From a virus (taxonomy: Duplodnaviria; Caudoviricetes), in IMG/VR virus record IMGVR_UViG_3300011517_000006, positions 24,476 to 88,475 of that record: a DNA stretch of 64,000 nt. One strand, given 5' to 3'. Positions 53,458 through 63,826 of this stretch are shown here, piece after piece. Numbering within the stretch: the first letter of the stretch is position 1; each line of letters begins with the position of its first letter. Both the position numbers and the translations under genes were made by a program. The notes under the pieces were generated by a model. That model was given only the letters and a program-made list of their open reading frames with translations, was not told the origin of the DNA and ran no database searches.

Positions 53458-54119
53458 TGTCCATGTCTCCGGCCATGCTGGCCGCGCTCCAGGCCCGCAA
53501 TCCCCTGCTGGTCCACCTGCTGAAAATCGAACTGCCCAGCAAGACGATCCGCCTGGTGGATGGCTCGGGCTTCGTGCTGTGGGGCGGGGAGTCGTACACG
53601 GCCGAGGATGCCGACTTCGGCAAGATTGCGGGCTTCGGCGAGTTCACCGAGGCCGAGGGCACCGAAGCGCCCCGCCAGACGGTGCAACTGCTGCCGACCG
53701 GCAACGCGGCCGTCGCCGCCCTGACCGCGCCCAGCGCCCAGGGCTCGCCTGTCACCATCTACGCTGCCGCCATCGACCGGCAGACCGGCCAGGTCATCGG
53801 CGAGCCTGACGTGCGCTTCGTCGGTGAGCTGGACGACGCTGGGTTCAACCACGCCCAGAACTCGTCCCTGCTGGAACTGGAACTGGCGACGATCTGGGAG
53901 CGGCTGTTCGACGACAACGAAGGCCATCGCTGGAACGACGCCTTCTGGACCTACCTCTACGGCTCCAACGCCCGCGCGTTCCAGCACGTCACCAACGCCG
54001 GCAAGAAGCTGTTCTGGGGCTACAACGGCCCTTCGTCCGGTTCGGGCGGGTCATACGGGGGCGGCAACGGTTCCATCGGCGGCGGGCCGGGCTCTGGGTT
54101 TGAACAGGCGGTTAAATGA
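53457..54119 (+). CDS. Minor tail protein
   Basis: Coupled, position in tail tip cluster. Confidence 0.65.
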   Translation: MSMSPAMLAALQARNPLLVHLLKIELPSKTIRLVDGSGFVLWGGESYTAEDADFGKIAGFGEFTEAEGTEAPRQTVQLLPTGNAAVAALTAPSAQGSPVTIYAAAIDRQTGQVIGEPDVRFVGELDDAGFNHAQNSSLLELELATIWERLFDDNEGHRWNDAFWTYLYGSNARAFQHVTNAGKKLFWGYNGPSSGSGGSYGGGNGSIGGGPGSGFEQAVK

Positions 54120-54532
54120 CAGAGCTTGAAATGCGGGTGGCGGCCACGGAAGCCACATTCGCCCGGTTCCACGGACAGCCGCTGGTTCTGGGGACGACGG
54201 ACTGCGCCCGTATGGCGGCGTTTCACCTCAAGCAGCTAGGGTTCAAGCCCTCCCTGCTGAAGGGCGGCGCCTATAGCACGCCGGTCGGGGCGCGCCGCGC
54301 CTTGAAGCGCCTCGGCGTCTCGTCGCTCTCTGAGATCATGGATCAGCACTTCCCGCGCTGGGATGCGCCCGCCCAGGCTCGCGTCGGAGACATCTGCTGC
54401 GTCGTCGGTGACGGCGACATGGGCGACGCCATGCAGGTGGTGCTGCACCGGAACACCGTCCTCGGCTTCCTCGACGGGGTGTGCGGCGAAATCATCAATC
54501 ATCAGTACGTCGCAGCCTGGAGGGTTGTGTAA
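54116..54532 (+). CDS. NlpC/P60-like tail tip protein
   Basis: LGTTDCARMAA Cys motif, ARVGDI. Confidence 0.7.
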   Translation: MTELEMRVAATEATFARFHGQPLVLGTTDCARMAAFHLKQLGFKPSLLKGGAYSTPVGARRALKRLGVSSLSEIMDQHFPRWDAPAQARVGDICCVVGDGDMGDAMQVVLHRNTVLGFLDGVCGEIINHQYVAAWRVV

Positions 54533-57500
54533 TGCCTCAGGCTATCCCTGTCGTCGCATCATGGGCGGCAGCCGCGTGGTCGTCGGCCGTCACGGCTACG
54601 GCGGTCGGCCTGACCAAGATCGGCGTCATGGCCGCCATCGGCGAGGGCGCGACGATTGCGCTGGCCGGCAAGATTGTCGCGGCGGGCGCGGCTCTCGGCC
54701 TGTCCGCAGCGGCCGCCGCCCTGATGCGCCCCAGCACGCCCTCCAGCGGCACCACCCTAGACTTCAAGCCTGACCCCAAGGCCCCGGTCCGGGGCGCCAT
54801 GGGCTATACCGCGCTGGGCGGCAACAAGGTCTTCCAGGCGGCCTGGGGCTACAAGAACGTCGCGCTTTCGCTGGGCGTCGCCCTATCGTTGGGACCGATC
54901 GATCAGGTTCCGCGCTTCGAGGCGGACGGCGCGACCGTCAGCTTCAGCGGGCCTCAGAATGAGGCGACCGGCTTCTACGCCGCCGACATGTGGCAGCGGA
55001 CCACGCTGGGCCTGCCCGGCGATGCGGCGCTGCTGCCGCCGACCGGCCTGAAGTACGGTAATCCCGGCCTGACCGGCTGGGGCACGCAGCACGCCGCGCC
55101 GCAGACCGCTTTCTCCTTCTGGACGATGGTGCTGGCGAAGAACCCGGAGGACCGGGATGTCTTCACCAACGGCGTGCCCGATCCGCGCTGGGTCGGCCGC
55201 TGGATGAAGGTCTGGCAGCCGCGCTACGACAGCACCTATCCGGGCGGCAGCGGCCCCCAGCGCCGTGACGACTGGCGCACCTGGGGCTGGTCGGAGAACC
55301 CCTATGACCACGCCCTCGCGTGGGTGCGGGGTCACTACAAGCTCAACCTGGACGGCTCCATCGACCGCACGAAGCGGATCGCAGGCATCGGAGCGCCGGA
55401 CAGCGCCATCGACATCCCGGCCTTCGTGGAAGGCGCCAACATCGCCGATGCGAACGGCTGGACGATCTCGGGCGAGTGGTCGACGGGCGACGGCAAGTTC
55501 CAGACCCTGCTGGCCATGCTCCAGGCGGGCGGCGGCGAGCCGATCAGCCGTGGCGCGCAGATCAGCGTCCTGGTCAACGCCCCGCGCGTCGCAACCTACA
55601 CCTACACCCGCGACGACCTGATCGGGCAGGCCGAGATCCGGCCGCTGACGCCGCGCCGCGATCGCAAGAACACGATCATCCCGCGCTACAAGTCGGAGGC
55701 GAACGGCTGGCAGTACGTCCCGGCCGGCGAGGTCACGTCTTCCGTCTACCGCGACGAGGACCGGGGCGAGCCGCGCTCGCTGGAGATCGAGTACACCCAC
55801 GTTCGCAACGCCAAGCAGGCGGGCCAACTGGCCGCCTATGACCTGGCCAACCTGCGCGAGGGCCTGACGGCGACCCTGCCGTCCAAGGTCCACCTTATGC
55901 ACGTCCATCCGGGCGCCTGCATCACTGTGGACGTGCCGGAGCTGGCGCTGGCCGGACAGAAGTTCATCGTCCGCCGCGCCACGACGAACCATCAGGCGGC
56001 GAGCGTGACGCTGGAGCTGCGCTCGGAGAGTGACGGCAAGCACGCATGGGCGCTGGGCCAGGCTGCGCAACCGGCGCCGTCGCCCAGCCTGTCGGCTGTC
56101 GATCCCAAGTACGTGCCGCCGCCCGCTTCGGAAGACTGGACCGTCCTGCCGAAGCCGCCCGGCGACGGCGGCGTGTCGCAGCCGATTTTCGTCATTGAGG
56201 CGCCGGTCGAGACGACGGACATCGTGGCCGTCATCATCAAGCACGGCCCCAGCGCCTCGGGTCCCTGGACCGATGGCTATGAGGGCTCGCCGCGCGCTGA
56301 TGGCCGGTATGAGGTCGCAGGGCTGACGCCAGGGCAGACCTATTGCGTCTCGCTCCAGTACGTCGCGAAAAACGGCGCCAAGAGCGATCCGGACATCAAA
56401 TGCGGGATCGTGGCCGGCGACCTGATCGCGGGCGGGCTGGCGCCGGATGCGGCCGAAGAGCTTCTGGAAGAGGCCAGAACTGCTGTTCAGGAGCAGATCG
56501 AGGCGGCGACGGAGACCCTGCGTCAGGGCCAGCTCCAGCTTGAACAGGCGCAGGCGGCGCTGGACGCGCTGGTGACGCAGTCGAACGCCGCATTTGACGG
56601 CCGTCTGGCGGCGCTGGATAGCGGACTGGACGGCGTCCAGCAGGGGCAGGCCAGCCTGCAGACCTTGATCGACGGCAAGGCGAGCCAGGAAGACCTGAAC
56701 TTCGTCATCAACCGGCAAGGCAGCCAGGAAGCCATCATCGGGACGTTGACGGCGACGATCAACGACCTGCCCAACCAGTATGTCTCTGCCACGTCGTACA
56801 ACACGTTGTCGGCGGAAGTCGCCGGTGCGAGAGGAGGCTACGCCAACCTGTCCGGCCGCTTCTCAGCGCAGCAACAGGCGCTGGTCGATGGCCTTGCGGG
56901 CAAGGTGGCCGTGTCCGACTTCTCTTCGCTCAATAGCCGGGTGACCTCGGCTGAGGGAACCATCGCCGGACATGCCGGGCGCCTGACGTCCGTCGAGGCG
57001 GAAGTATCCGGACGAGTGAAGACCTCGGACTTCAACAACCTTAGCGGCACAGTATCGACCTTGTCGGGTACGGTCGGCGGGCACAACAGCCGCCTGTCTC
57101 AGGTTGAGGCCGACGTGCAAGGCAAAGCCTCGGCGCAGACGGTTAGCGATCTTGCAGCATATGCCTCGACGCGGGGGCGCACGTTCTTTCAGGCCACGGC
57201 GCCAACATCAACGCAGAACAGCCCGCTGCACGCTGGCGATCTGTGGGTCCACACCGGTGATCAGCGCAAGCTCTACGCCTGGAACGGCACGGCCTGGGTC
57301 TTCGCCGATGATCAGAGCGTGAGAGGCGATATTTCGGCGCTGGTCACGCGCACCGATAGGGTCGAGGCCGATGTTGCAGGTAGGGCGTCAGTGAAGTCGG
57401 TCGAACAGCTTGAACTCTCTGTGGGCGGCTTTGACAGCCGGATCACGAACGCCCAGACCCTAGCACAACAGGCAGACGGTCGAGTTTCGGCTCTTGTCAC

Positions 57501-57708
57501 CCACGCGACTGACGTTAATGGCGTCATCACCGGCACCTACAGCTACAACAACGGGGTTTCCTCCAGCTATCGTATTCGGACCGATGTGTTTGCGCTCGAA
57601 CCCTCGGCCAGCAGCGGCGCCCGCCTGCGCTTCGCCAACGGCAAGATCAGCATCTTCAACAGCGCCAATATCGAAGTCGTCCAACTTGGCCTTGGGGTGA
57701 CTGGCTGA
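54532..57708 (+). CDS. Central tail fibre / host-specificity protein J
   Basis: 1058 aa; tail hub, FN3-like YEVAGLTPG, coiled-coil repeats, C-terminal beta domain. Confidence 0.85.
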   Translation: MPQAIPVVASWAAAAWSSAVTATAVGLTKIGVMAAIGEGATIALAGKIVAAGAALGLSAAAAALMRPSTPSSGTTLDFKPDPKAPVRGAMGYTALGGNKVFQAAWGYKNVALSLGVALSLGPIDQVPRFEADGATVSFSGPQNEATGFYAADMWQRTTLGLPGDAALLPPTGLKYGNPGLTGWGTQHAAPQTAFSFWTMVLAKNPEDRDVFTNGVPDPRWVGRWMKVWQPRYDSTYPGGSGPQRRDDWRTWGWSENPYDHALAWVRGHYKLNLDGSIDRTKRIAGIGAPDSAIDIPAFVEGANIADANGWTISGEWSTGDGKFQTLLAMLQAGGGEPISRGAQISVLVNAPRVATYTYTRDDLIGQAEIRPLTPRRDRKNTIIPRYKSEANGWQYVPAGEVTSSVYRDEDRGEPRSLEIEYTHVRNAKQAGQLAAYDLANLREGLTATLPSKVHLMHVHPGACITVDVPELALAGQKFIVRRATTNHQAASVTLELRSESDGKHAWALGQAAQPAPSPSLSAVDPKYVPPPASEDWTVLPKPPGDGGVSQPIFVIEAPVETTDIVAVIIKHGPSASGPWTDGYEGSPRADGRYEVAGLTPGQTYCVSLQYVAKNGAKSDPDIKCGIVAGDLIAGGLAPDAAEELLEEARTAVQEQIEAATETLRQGQLQLEQAQAALDALVTQSNAAFDGRLAALDSGLDGVQQGQASLQTLIDGKASQEDLNFVINRQGSQEAIIGTLTATINDLPNQYVSATSYNTLSAEVAGARGGYANLSGRFSAQQQALVDGLAGKVAVSDFSSLNSRVTSAEGTIAGHAGRLTSVEAEVSGRVKTSDFNNLSGTVSTLSGTVGGHNSRLSQVEADVQGKASAQTVSDLAAYASTRGRTFFQATAPTSTQNSPLHAGDLWVHTGDQRKLYAWNGTAWVFADDQSVRGDISALVTRTDRVEADVAGRASVKSVEQLELSVGGFDSRITNAQTLAQQADGRVSALVTHATDVNGVITGTYSYNNGVSSSYRIRTDVFALEPSASSGARLRFANGKISIFNSANIEVVQLGLGVTG

Positions 57709-60374
57709 TGGCGGACGGACTGGTCATTCGGCACCCCCAGACGGGTGCGGTCATATTCAACACGACGACGGTGAATGCGCACTCTCGGGCGCTGATCACT
57801 ACCTCGGGAACAGCCGGGAGCGCCAACGTCGCTTCGATGCTGCGCGGGACGCCGTTCATCATTCAGGCGCTCCCGGCCGACGACCGGAGCTACACCTACG
57901 TTTCCAACTTCACCATCTCCGGGCCAACGATCAGTTGGGACGCGTCCGGTCGCAATATGCGCCTGCTGGTGGGGTCGTTCGCGGGCTCGCCGCCGAGCGG
58001 CGTTGAAGCGGCGGACGCAGGCCTTGTGGTGCGTAACCCTGCGAACCAAGCGATTCAGGTCTCGACTAAGGACTTGTCGCTGCAACTAGCGTCCTATGGG
58101 GCGGTGACGCTGACGTATGATCCCAACCGCCCTGCGTCGCCGCAGCCTATGGTACATGGTCAGGTCACCGTCAGCGGCTCAAACCCGGTCCTAGCTTTCA
58201 GGGTGCAGGATGGTGCGGCGCCGGTGAGCGTGGTCGGAGTCAAGCAGGCGGGCGGGCAGTTCACCTTCTACTTCAGGGCTACCTCGTTCAGCCGGGTGGG
58301 TCTGGTTTACTGGGTCTTCGACACGACCTCGTCGGCGCTCCTTTTGAACACCGACGCAGCCTTGGTGACGCTGGATTCCGTTGGGCTGAAGACGTTCGAC
58401 TCTCGCGCCTACGCGATGAAGGTCGTTTCCACCCATGCGACGACGGGCGGCACCAATGTTGTCGCCCAACCGGCCGGAAGGTCTTACGCCGCTATTCAGT
58501 CCACGCCATGCTTCCGCGCCACCATGGCGGACCTTGGCGGATATAGCCCAAATAAAAATCCGCCGATGCAGTTTGAAGTCGGCGAGCCCCAATGGCCACG
58601 CCCCCTCGGCACGAGGTGGGCTTACATGGCGCTGTCCGGCCAGCAGTCCAGCGTCAAGTTCAACGGGGCGACCATCGAAGTCGGAATGACGTTTTTCGAG
58701 CAATTTGAAGGCTGGTATCCGGTCGATCAGCTTCCGAGCGACGATCTATGGGGGACTGCCAGGCACACCATCGTTGATGTGACCGGCCTGCCATCAGCTT
58801 CTATGCCGACTTCGGAAACGGTGGCTGTTGCGGTCACGGCGGGCGTTCGGGAGGTGACCGTGTCCAGCGCCACGCCGGTCGGAACGGTGACGCCCGCCGT
58901 GACGGCCTCCGCGTCCGGCGGCTTGGCTCCCTATAGCTATCTATGGATGTACTATGACGGGTCCACAGGGGTCGGCTCCTACGGACCAGAAAACACGGCG
59001 TCGTTCCAGACCCAGACAGCCAACCAAGACCCTGGCACGACGGCCACTGCGCGGTGGATCTGCCGGGTCACGGATGCAGGAGGGCGGGTCGGTTGGTCGC
59101 AGCCTGTGACGTTCATCCACAATGTCAACCGGATCAGCATCACACCTGAACCGTTCAGCTTTGGGGACGCAACGTCGACTACAGACGACCCTTCGGGCTT
59201 CGTTGGCGTTGAATCGCGCAAGATCACCGGCATCACACAGACGATCATCTTGCGCGTCGAGCGGTTCACCTACGTAGGCGATCTCTCGACCTTCACCCTG
59301 CTGGTCTACAAGGGGCCGAGCGCGACGGGGCCTTGGACTTCTGTCGGCAATCTGGATGCGACAGGCACCGCCACTCGCTACATCGACTTCCCGATCAGCG
59401 ACGGCGAGTGGTTCTACTACTACGCCTACGGCGACACCGCGTCTGGCCGCCGCACCGGCCGGTTCGATGTTCAGATATGGAACGAGACTGCGGGCCACGT
59501 CGGCCTGACGATTGGCCGCTTGACCCTGACGGTGGACGCGAACAATGACTACAATGTCGCGGACTACACCCCTGACCCCATTAACTTCGGCAACGCCAGC
59601 GAGGTTACGAACGACCCGTCGGGCTTCGTCGGCGTGGGGTCACGGCAGATCACCGGCATCAACCGCACCGTAACGCTGCGCGTCGAGCGGTTCAACTATT
59701 CCGGCAACCTGTCGTCGGCAAACACCTACGTTTATAGAGGGCCGGGGCCGAATGGGCCTTGGACCAAGGTGGCCGATATAGACTCTCGGGGATCGGCCAC
59801 GCGGTATGTCGATTTCACCGTGAACAACGGCGACTGGGTCTACTATTACGCCTATGGAGACACCTCGTCCGGGCGGCGCTCGGGCCAGTGGTATATCACT
59901 TTCTGGAACGAGAGCGCGGGCCACGTCAGCCTAACGAGCGGACGACTTAGCCTGACGGTTGATAACGACGACAACTACAATGTTGCCGACTATTCCCTGA
60001 ACTACATGGACTTTGGAAACATCTGGTTCGATACCACCGACAATGGTTACTACACCTACAACAACTATCAGTCGGTATCGGGCATCAATCAGCCGGTGAC
60101 GATAGCCGTTCAGATGGCCAACTTTTCGGTTTCAGGCCCCATCCGCGACAGCATTATGGCCTGCCAGGCCCAGGGGCGTGGCGATATCATGTTGACGAAT
60201 CTTTACAACGGCACAAACTACATGACCGTTTATAACGGCGACAGCATCCGCTTCGCCGTGGTCCTGAATACGACGGGCGGCCGACGCAGTTTCGGCTTTG
60301 ACGTCTACCTCTATAACCAGAACACTGGCGAGTTCATTGACCACTTTCACGTGTCTGGTTTCTTCGGCGCATAG
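57708..60374 (+). CDS. Putative receptor-binding tail protein with three ~140-aa beta-rich repeats
   Basis: DDPSGFVGV...ITGI..T..LRVERF...YYYAYGDT.SGRR repeated. Confidence 0.7.
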   Translation: MADGLVIRHPQTGAVIFNTTTVNAHSRALITTSGTAGSANVASMLRGTPFIIQALPADDRSYTYVSNFTISGPTISWDASGRNMRLLVGSFAGSPPSGVEAADAGLVVRNPANQAIQVSTKDLSLQLASYGAVTLTYDPNRPASPQPMVHGQVTVSGSNPVLAFRVQDGAAPVSVVGVKQAGGQFTFYFRATSFSRVGLVYWVFDTTSSALLLNTDAALVTLDSVGLKTFDSRAYAMKVVSTHATTGGTNVVAQPAGRSYAAIQSTPCFRATMADLGGYSPNKNPPMQFEVGEPQWPRPLGTRWAYMALSGQQSSVKFNGATIEVGMTFFEQFEGWYPVDQLPSDDLWGTARHTIVDVTGLPSASMPTSETVAVAVTAGVREVTVSSATPVGTVTPAVTASASGGLAPYSYLWMYYDGSTGVGSYGPENTASFQTQTANQDPGTTATARWICRVTDAGGRVGWSQPVTFIHNVNRISITPEPFSFGDATSTTDDPSGFVGVESRKITGITQTIILRVERFTYVGDLSTFTLLVYKGPSATGPWTSVGNLDATGTATRYIDFPISDGEWFYYYAYGDTASGRRTGRFDVQIWNETAGHVGLTIGRLTLTVDANNDYNVADYTPDPINFGNASEVTNDPSGFVGVGSRQITGINRTVTLRVERFNYSGNLSSANTYVYRGPGPNGPWTKVADIDSRGSATRYVDFTVNNGDWVYYYAYGDTSSGRRSGQWYITFWNESAGHVSLTSGRLSLTVDNDDNYNVADYSLNYMDFGNIWFDTTDNGYYTYNNYQSVSGINQPVTIAVQMANFSVSGPIRDSIMACQAQGRGDIMLTNLYNGTNYMTVYNGDSIRFAVVLNTTGGRRSFGFDVYLYNQNTGEFIDHFHVSGFFGA

Positions 60375-60388
60375 CAAAGGAGCGCAAA

Positions 60389-60682
60389 ATGTCGACTACC
60401 CAAAACAGCCCCGAGGGCGGTACGCCCTATCCCGACGCACAGCAGCTGCTGGACGCCCGGAACGCCCAGGTGCAGGCCATCATCGACAAGCTGATGATCA
60501 TAAGCGCCGAGGTCGTGGCCATGAAGACTTCGGATCTGGATGGGTTCGCGCTCTGGCACGGCGGCCTGCCCGATCGTCTCGCGAACAGCGGGGCGCAGGC
60601 CCGATTCCTGGCCGGGCAACTGGCCGAGACTTTCGGACTGCCGCAGCCGCCCCAGGCGGAACCGGCCGAACCAGGAGCCTGA
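60389..60682 (+). CDS. Hypothetical protein (possible fibre chaperone)
   Basis: RBS AAGGAG, follows fibre gene. Confidence 0.55.
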   Translation: MSTTQNSPEGGTPYPDAQQLLDARNAQVQAIIDKLMIISAEVVAMKTSDLDGFALWHGGLPDRLANSGAQARFLAGQLAETFGLPQPPQAEPAEPGA

Positions 60683-60728
60683 CGAACCCGGTTCGTCTCT
60701 TCTCCAAACCCATCGCGTAGGAGCCCGC

Positions 60729-61106
60729 ATGTCCGCAGGCGACGAGATCATCACTCCGGTCACCAAGCCGGAGGCCGTCAGCATGGCCGAAATTCATGCC
60801 ATGCGCGGTCTGACCGACGCGGTGTCGGCCCTTGGCCGTCAGGTCGAGCGGATGAACGCCAAGGTCGATGACGTGCGCGAGCGGGTCATCAAGCTGGAGG
60901 CGCGCGAGTATGAGCGCCAGATCGAGGCCCTGAACGACCGCCTGTCGGCCGCCTTCAAGCGCATCGACGATCTGGAGGGGACGCGGGATCAGCAGAAGGG
61001 CGCCAAGGCCCTGGTCGATTGGCTGCGTCAGACCGCGCCGTGGCTGCTGGCCGGCATCGCCGCCTTCGTCGCGGGCATCAGCATCAAGAACGGAGCCGGA
61101 GCATGA
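60729..61106 (+). CDS. Coiled-coil + C-terminal TM protein (holin/antiholin-like)
   Basis: Long coiled coil then WLLAGIAAFVAG. Confidence 0.6.
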   Translation: MSAGDEIITPVTKPEAVSMAEIHAMRGLTDAVSALGRQVERMNAKVDDVRERVIKLEAREYERQIEALNDRLSAAFKRIDDLEGTRDQQKGAKALVDWLRQTAPWLLAGIAAFVAGISIKNGAGA

Positions 61107-61345
61107 GCCGCAAACCGCCCCGCTGGTGGCCGCAGGTGATCAACCTGCCGCGCACCACGACCGTTCTCGCCCTCGGCTTCCTCGGTGGAAACCTGCTGTT
61201 CCTGCCGGTGATCGCCTGGCTGGGCGACATGGTGGCCGAGCGTTATGCCGACGCCGTCATGCTGGTGGCGTCGATGTTCAAGGACGGGATGCTGCTGATC
61301 CTGGGCTTCTACTTCGGGCGGAACCAGGCGTCTGATACGGGCTAG
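61103..61345 (+). CDS. Holin-like 2-TM protein
   Basis: Two TM segments ending LILGFYFG. Confidence 0.65.
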   Translation: MSRKPPRWWPQVINLPRTTTVLALGFLGGNLLFLPVIAWLGDMVAERYADAVMLVASMFKDGMLLILGFYFGRNQASDTG

Positions 61346-61542
61346 AGCAGGCACCGATCCCGCTGGCTGGCCTCTTCGCACCTGCGCCTGAGCTGAGCCC
61401 ATGTCGCTTTGCCCTCGATCCCGAAAACGTCTGACTGTGTGTAGCCTTCCCGCAAAAGAGCCCTGCGCACTTCGCTGGGAATGCGGAAGTTGCCGCTGTC
61501 GGCCAACTCCAAAGCGCGCTCGATCACTGACGTTTGCGTCAT
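61342..61542 (-). CDS. Small hypothetical protein (antisense insert)
   Basis: ERALELADSG...VRRALLREGY; RBS AGGGGAGG. Confidence 0.6.
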   Translation of the reverse strand: MTQTSVIERALELADSGNFRIPSEVRRALLREGYTQSDVFGIEGKATWAQLRRRCEEASQRDRCLL

Positions 61543-61615
61543 TCCAGACCTCCCCTGTCAGGCGAGTCTTAACGCAGATGTCTCGGCTAAGGTTGCGGCA
61601 CCGGACCGGGCGGGT

Positions 61616-61720
61616 TCAACCCACCGCGATCCAGAAGAGCACGCCGAAGATCGCCAGACACAGGGCGATCAGCACATACTCCATCACCCAGCCGACGCGC
61701 CGGCGACGCTTCCTCTGCAT
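61616..61720 (-). CDS. Small basic TM peptide
   Basis: MQRKRRRRVGW...IALCLAIFGVLFWIAVG; RBS GGAGG. Confidence 0.5.
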   Translation of the reverse strand: MQRKRRRRVGWVMEYVLIALCLAIFGVLFWIAVG

Positions 61721-61861
61721 GTCCTGCCCTCCAGTAACGCCGGTACCATCTGCAGAAATGACCAGGCTGTCCAGCCAGTGAGCGTAGGGAGGCCGCCGCA
61801 TCATGCAGCGGGCGCGTACCGATAAAGTTCAGGCAGTTCGCCGTCGGTGCACAGTGAGCGC

Positions 61862-62032
61862 TCACGCCGCTCTTTTCCAACTGGGATCGGCACGAACAGC
61901 CGTCAACTCGATGTCAACTCCGTAATCGCGGAGGATCTGGGCCGCGAGTTCGGTACAGCCGAGCACAGGCAAAGTCTCTCCAAAGTGCTGCATCCAAGCG
62001 TCAGCAACGATCTGCTCTTTCACCGATAGCAT
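61862..62032 (-). CDS. Small hypothetical protein
   Basis: MLSVKEQIVADAWMQHFGETLP; RBS GGAGTAGG. Confidence 0.5.
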   Translation of the reverse strand: MLSVKEQIVADAWMQHFGETLPVLGCTELAAQILRDYGVDIELTAVRADPSWKRAA

Positions 62033-62116
62033 ACCTACTCCTACGCGCTGTCGCCCAGCCCATAAGCAGCGCTGAAACGGCGCTTTCTGTTCCTCACAAT
62101 CTGAACTGGAGACACC

Positions 62117-62698
62117 ATGCTCGACGCACGTCGATTGCAAGGGCGCCTCGGCGTGCCCGTTGACGGCATTATCGGCGCGGGAACCCTGACGGCGCTGTTC
62201 GCGCGGATGGGAGCGCAGAAGCCGATCGCGGAGGAGCTGGGCCTCGCGGCCAACGTCCACTTCCGCACTTACGGCATTCTCGATAGCGGCCTGAGGCTGG
62301 CGCACTTCATGGGCCAGTGCAGCCACGAGAGCGGCGGCTTCCGATACATGGAGGAGATCGCCAGCGGGGCCGCCTATGAGGGCCGCGCGGATCTCGGCAA
62401 CACTCAGCCGGGCGACGGGCGTCGGTTCAAAGGCCGCGGCCCGATCCAGCTAACGGGCCGAGGCAATTATCGTCGCGTCGGCCGGCAGATCGGGATCGAT
62501 CTTGAGCGCCACCCGGACATCGTCTCGCATCCGTCGATCGGACTGCTGGTCGGCTGCGTCTACTGGAGCGACCGAAAGCTGAACGCCAAGGCTGATGCTG
62601 ACGACCTGCTGGGCCTGACCAAGGCGATAAATGGCGGGACGAACGGGCTGGAGGATCGCCGCCGTCGGACCGCGCAGGCCAAGGAGCTGATCCTGTGA
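62117..62698 (+). CDS. Endolysin, glycoside hydrolase family 19
   Basis: AHFMGQCSHESGGF, GRGPIQLTGRGNY, TKAINGG.NGL.DR. Confidence 0.9.
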   Translation: MLDARRLQGRLGVPVDGIIGAGTLTALFARMGAQKPIAEELGLAANVHFRTYGILDSGLRLAHFMGQCSHESGGFRYMEEIASGAAYEGRADLGNTQPGDGRRFKGRGPIQLTGRGNYRRVGRQIGIDLERHPDIVSHPSIGLLVGCVYWSDRKLNAKADADDLLGLTKAINGGTNGLEDRRRRTAQAKELIL

Positions 62699-63069
62699 TC
62701 CGCCTCCGCGACATCACCTCGAGCGGCTGGCTCGCCTTCGCCTGTCTCGCCCTCGCCCTGATCCTGCTGACCATGTGCTCCGTCGATGGCCGCCAGAAGG
62801 CCGCTGACCGGCTTCGTCAGGCCGATGTGGGCAAGACCCTAGCCGAGGGCCGCACGGCCGCTGCGCGCGACGCCAGCGCCATCCGTGACCGCGCCGACGC
62901 CCGAGACCAACAGATCGACCAGTCCACACAGGAGACGACCGATGCAATCCGCAATGCGCCTGACGATGCTGCTGCTGGCGACCACGGCCTTAGGAGCCTG
63001 TGCCGGCTCTACCCGGATCGTGACCCCCGCTGTCGGATGCAGCAACCTTCTCCCGGCCGGGTGGGCTGA
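62695..63069 (+). CDS. i-spanin (Rz-like)
   Basis: N-terminal TM plus coiled coil, after endolysin. Confidence 0.7.
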   Translation: MIRLRDITSSGWLAFACLALALILLTMCSVDGRQKAADRLRQADVGKTLAEGRTAAARDASAIRDRADARDQQIDQSTQETTDAIRNAPDDAAAGDHGLRSLCRLYPDRDPRCRMQQPSPGRVG

Positions 63070-63274
63070 TCCTGTTCCGTCCGCCGCCTTTCCGCAGGAC
63101 GCCGCCTCAGTCCGCGACTGGCAGGTGTTCGGGGTCGAGCAGTCGGGCCAACTGGCCAAGGCCACCGGCCGGACGGCGGACGTGATCGGGATCGTGCGGG
63201 CGTGTGAGGCGAGGGACGCTGAGGCCGTAGAGCGAATAGGGCGACCGTGGTGGGCTCGCTTGAGGCCGGGCTAG
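62942..63274 (+). CDS. o-spanin (Rz1-like lipoprotein)
   Basis: Lipobox ALGAC, Pro-rich, overlaps Rz in another frame. Confidence 0.7.
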   Translation: MQSAMRLTMLLLATTALGACAGSTRIVTPAVGCSNLLPAGWADPVPSAAFPQDAASVRDWQVFGVEQSGQLAKATGRTADVIGIVRACEARDAEAVERIGRPWWARLRPG

Positions 63275-63822
63275 GCCACCTCATCCGACGCAGCGTCTAG
63301 GAAGTCGTCATTATCGGCTGGTGTGAGCGCATCCCGCACAGTCGCTATAGGCATGTACATCGCCAAGCGCTTGGATGAGACCCGCTTGAATCCCCAGTCC
63401 TCATAATAAGAAATGAGGCCCTCGCACGCAGCTTCCAGATACAAACAACACGCGCCGATGTGATCAGCGGCGGCGGCGACGGTCTCGAAGACATCTTTCA
63501 TCAAGGCCGGGCCAACCCCGGATCCGTGATGGTTTTTACAAGCGGCAACCATCGTGAGGTGAATGACAGGCAGCTTCTTGTCGTCGCGCCCCCTCCCCAG
63601 AAGGTAGCCGAATATGTCGCCCTTTACGCTATCTGCCATCAGCGCATGATAGCCCAACACCCGAGACTCGCCTTCGTGTACAGCTACTCGGACGCGGACG
63701 AAGTTCTCGGAGTGATCGCGGAGGGCGTCAGTTTGGCAGAAACTATCAAGAACGTCATTCCGGCCGCAGGTGAACCCACCACGGTCGTGAACTTCTTCCA
63801 GCGCCTCTATCACATACGACAA
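63271..63822 (-). CDS. GNAT acetyltransferase toxin (TacT/AtaT-like)
   Basis: HDRGGFTCG..LD.F, VLGYHAL, HHGSGVGPALM, YYEDWGF; probable TTG start at 63822. Confidence 0.8.
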   Translation of the reverse strand: MSYVIEALEEVHDRGGFTCGRNDVLDSFCQTDALRDHSENFVRVRVAVHEGESRVLGYHALMADSVKGDIFGYLLGRGRDDKKLPVIHLTMVAACKNHHGSGVGPALMKDVFETVAAAADHIGACCLYLEAACEGLISYYEDWGFKRVSSKRLAMYMPIATVRDALTPADNDDFLDAASDEVA

Positions 63823-63826
63823 GGCG

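Noticed and set aside
54883-56718. 611-aa minus-strand ORF
   Set aside because: Shadow of tail protein J
59140-60374. Diversity-generating retroelement acting on the fibre repeats
   Set aside because: No reverse transcriptase in the window, and the repeats are diverged protein domains, not an adenine-specific TR/VR pair
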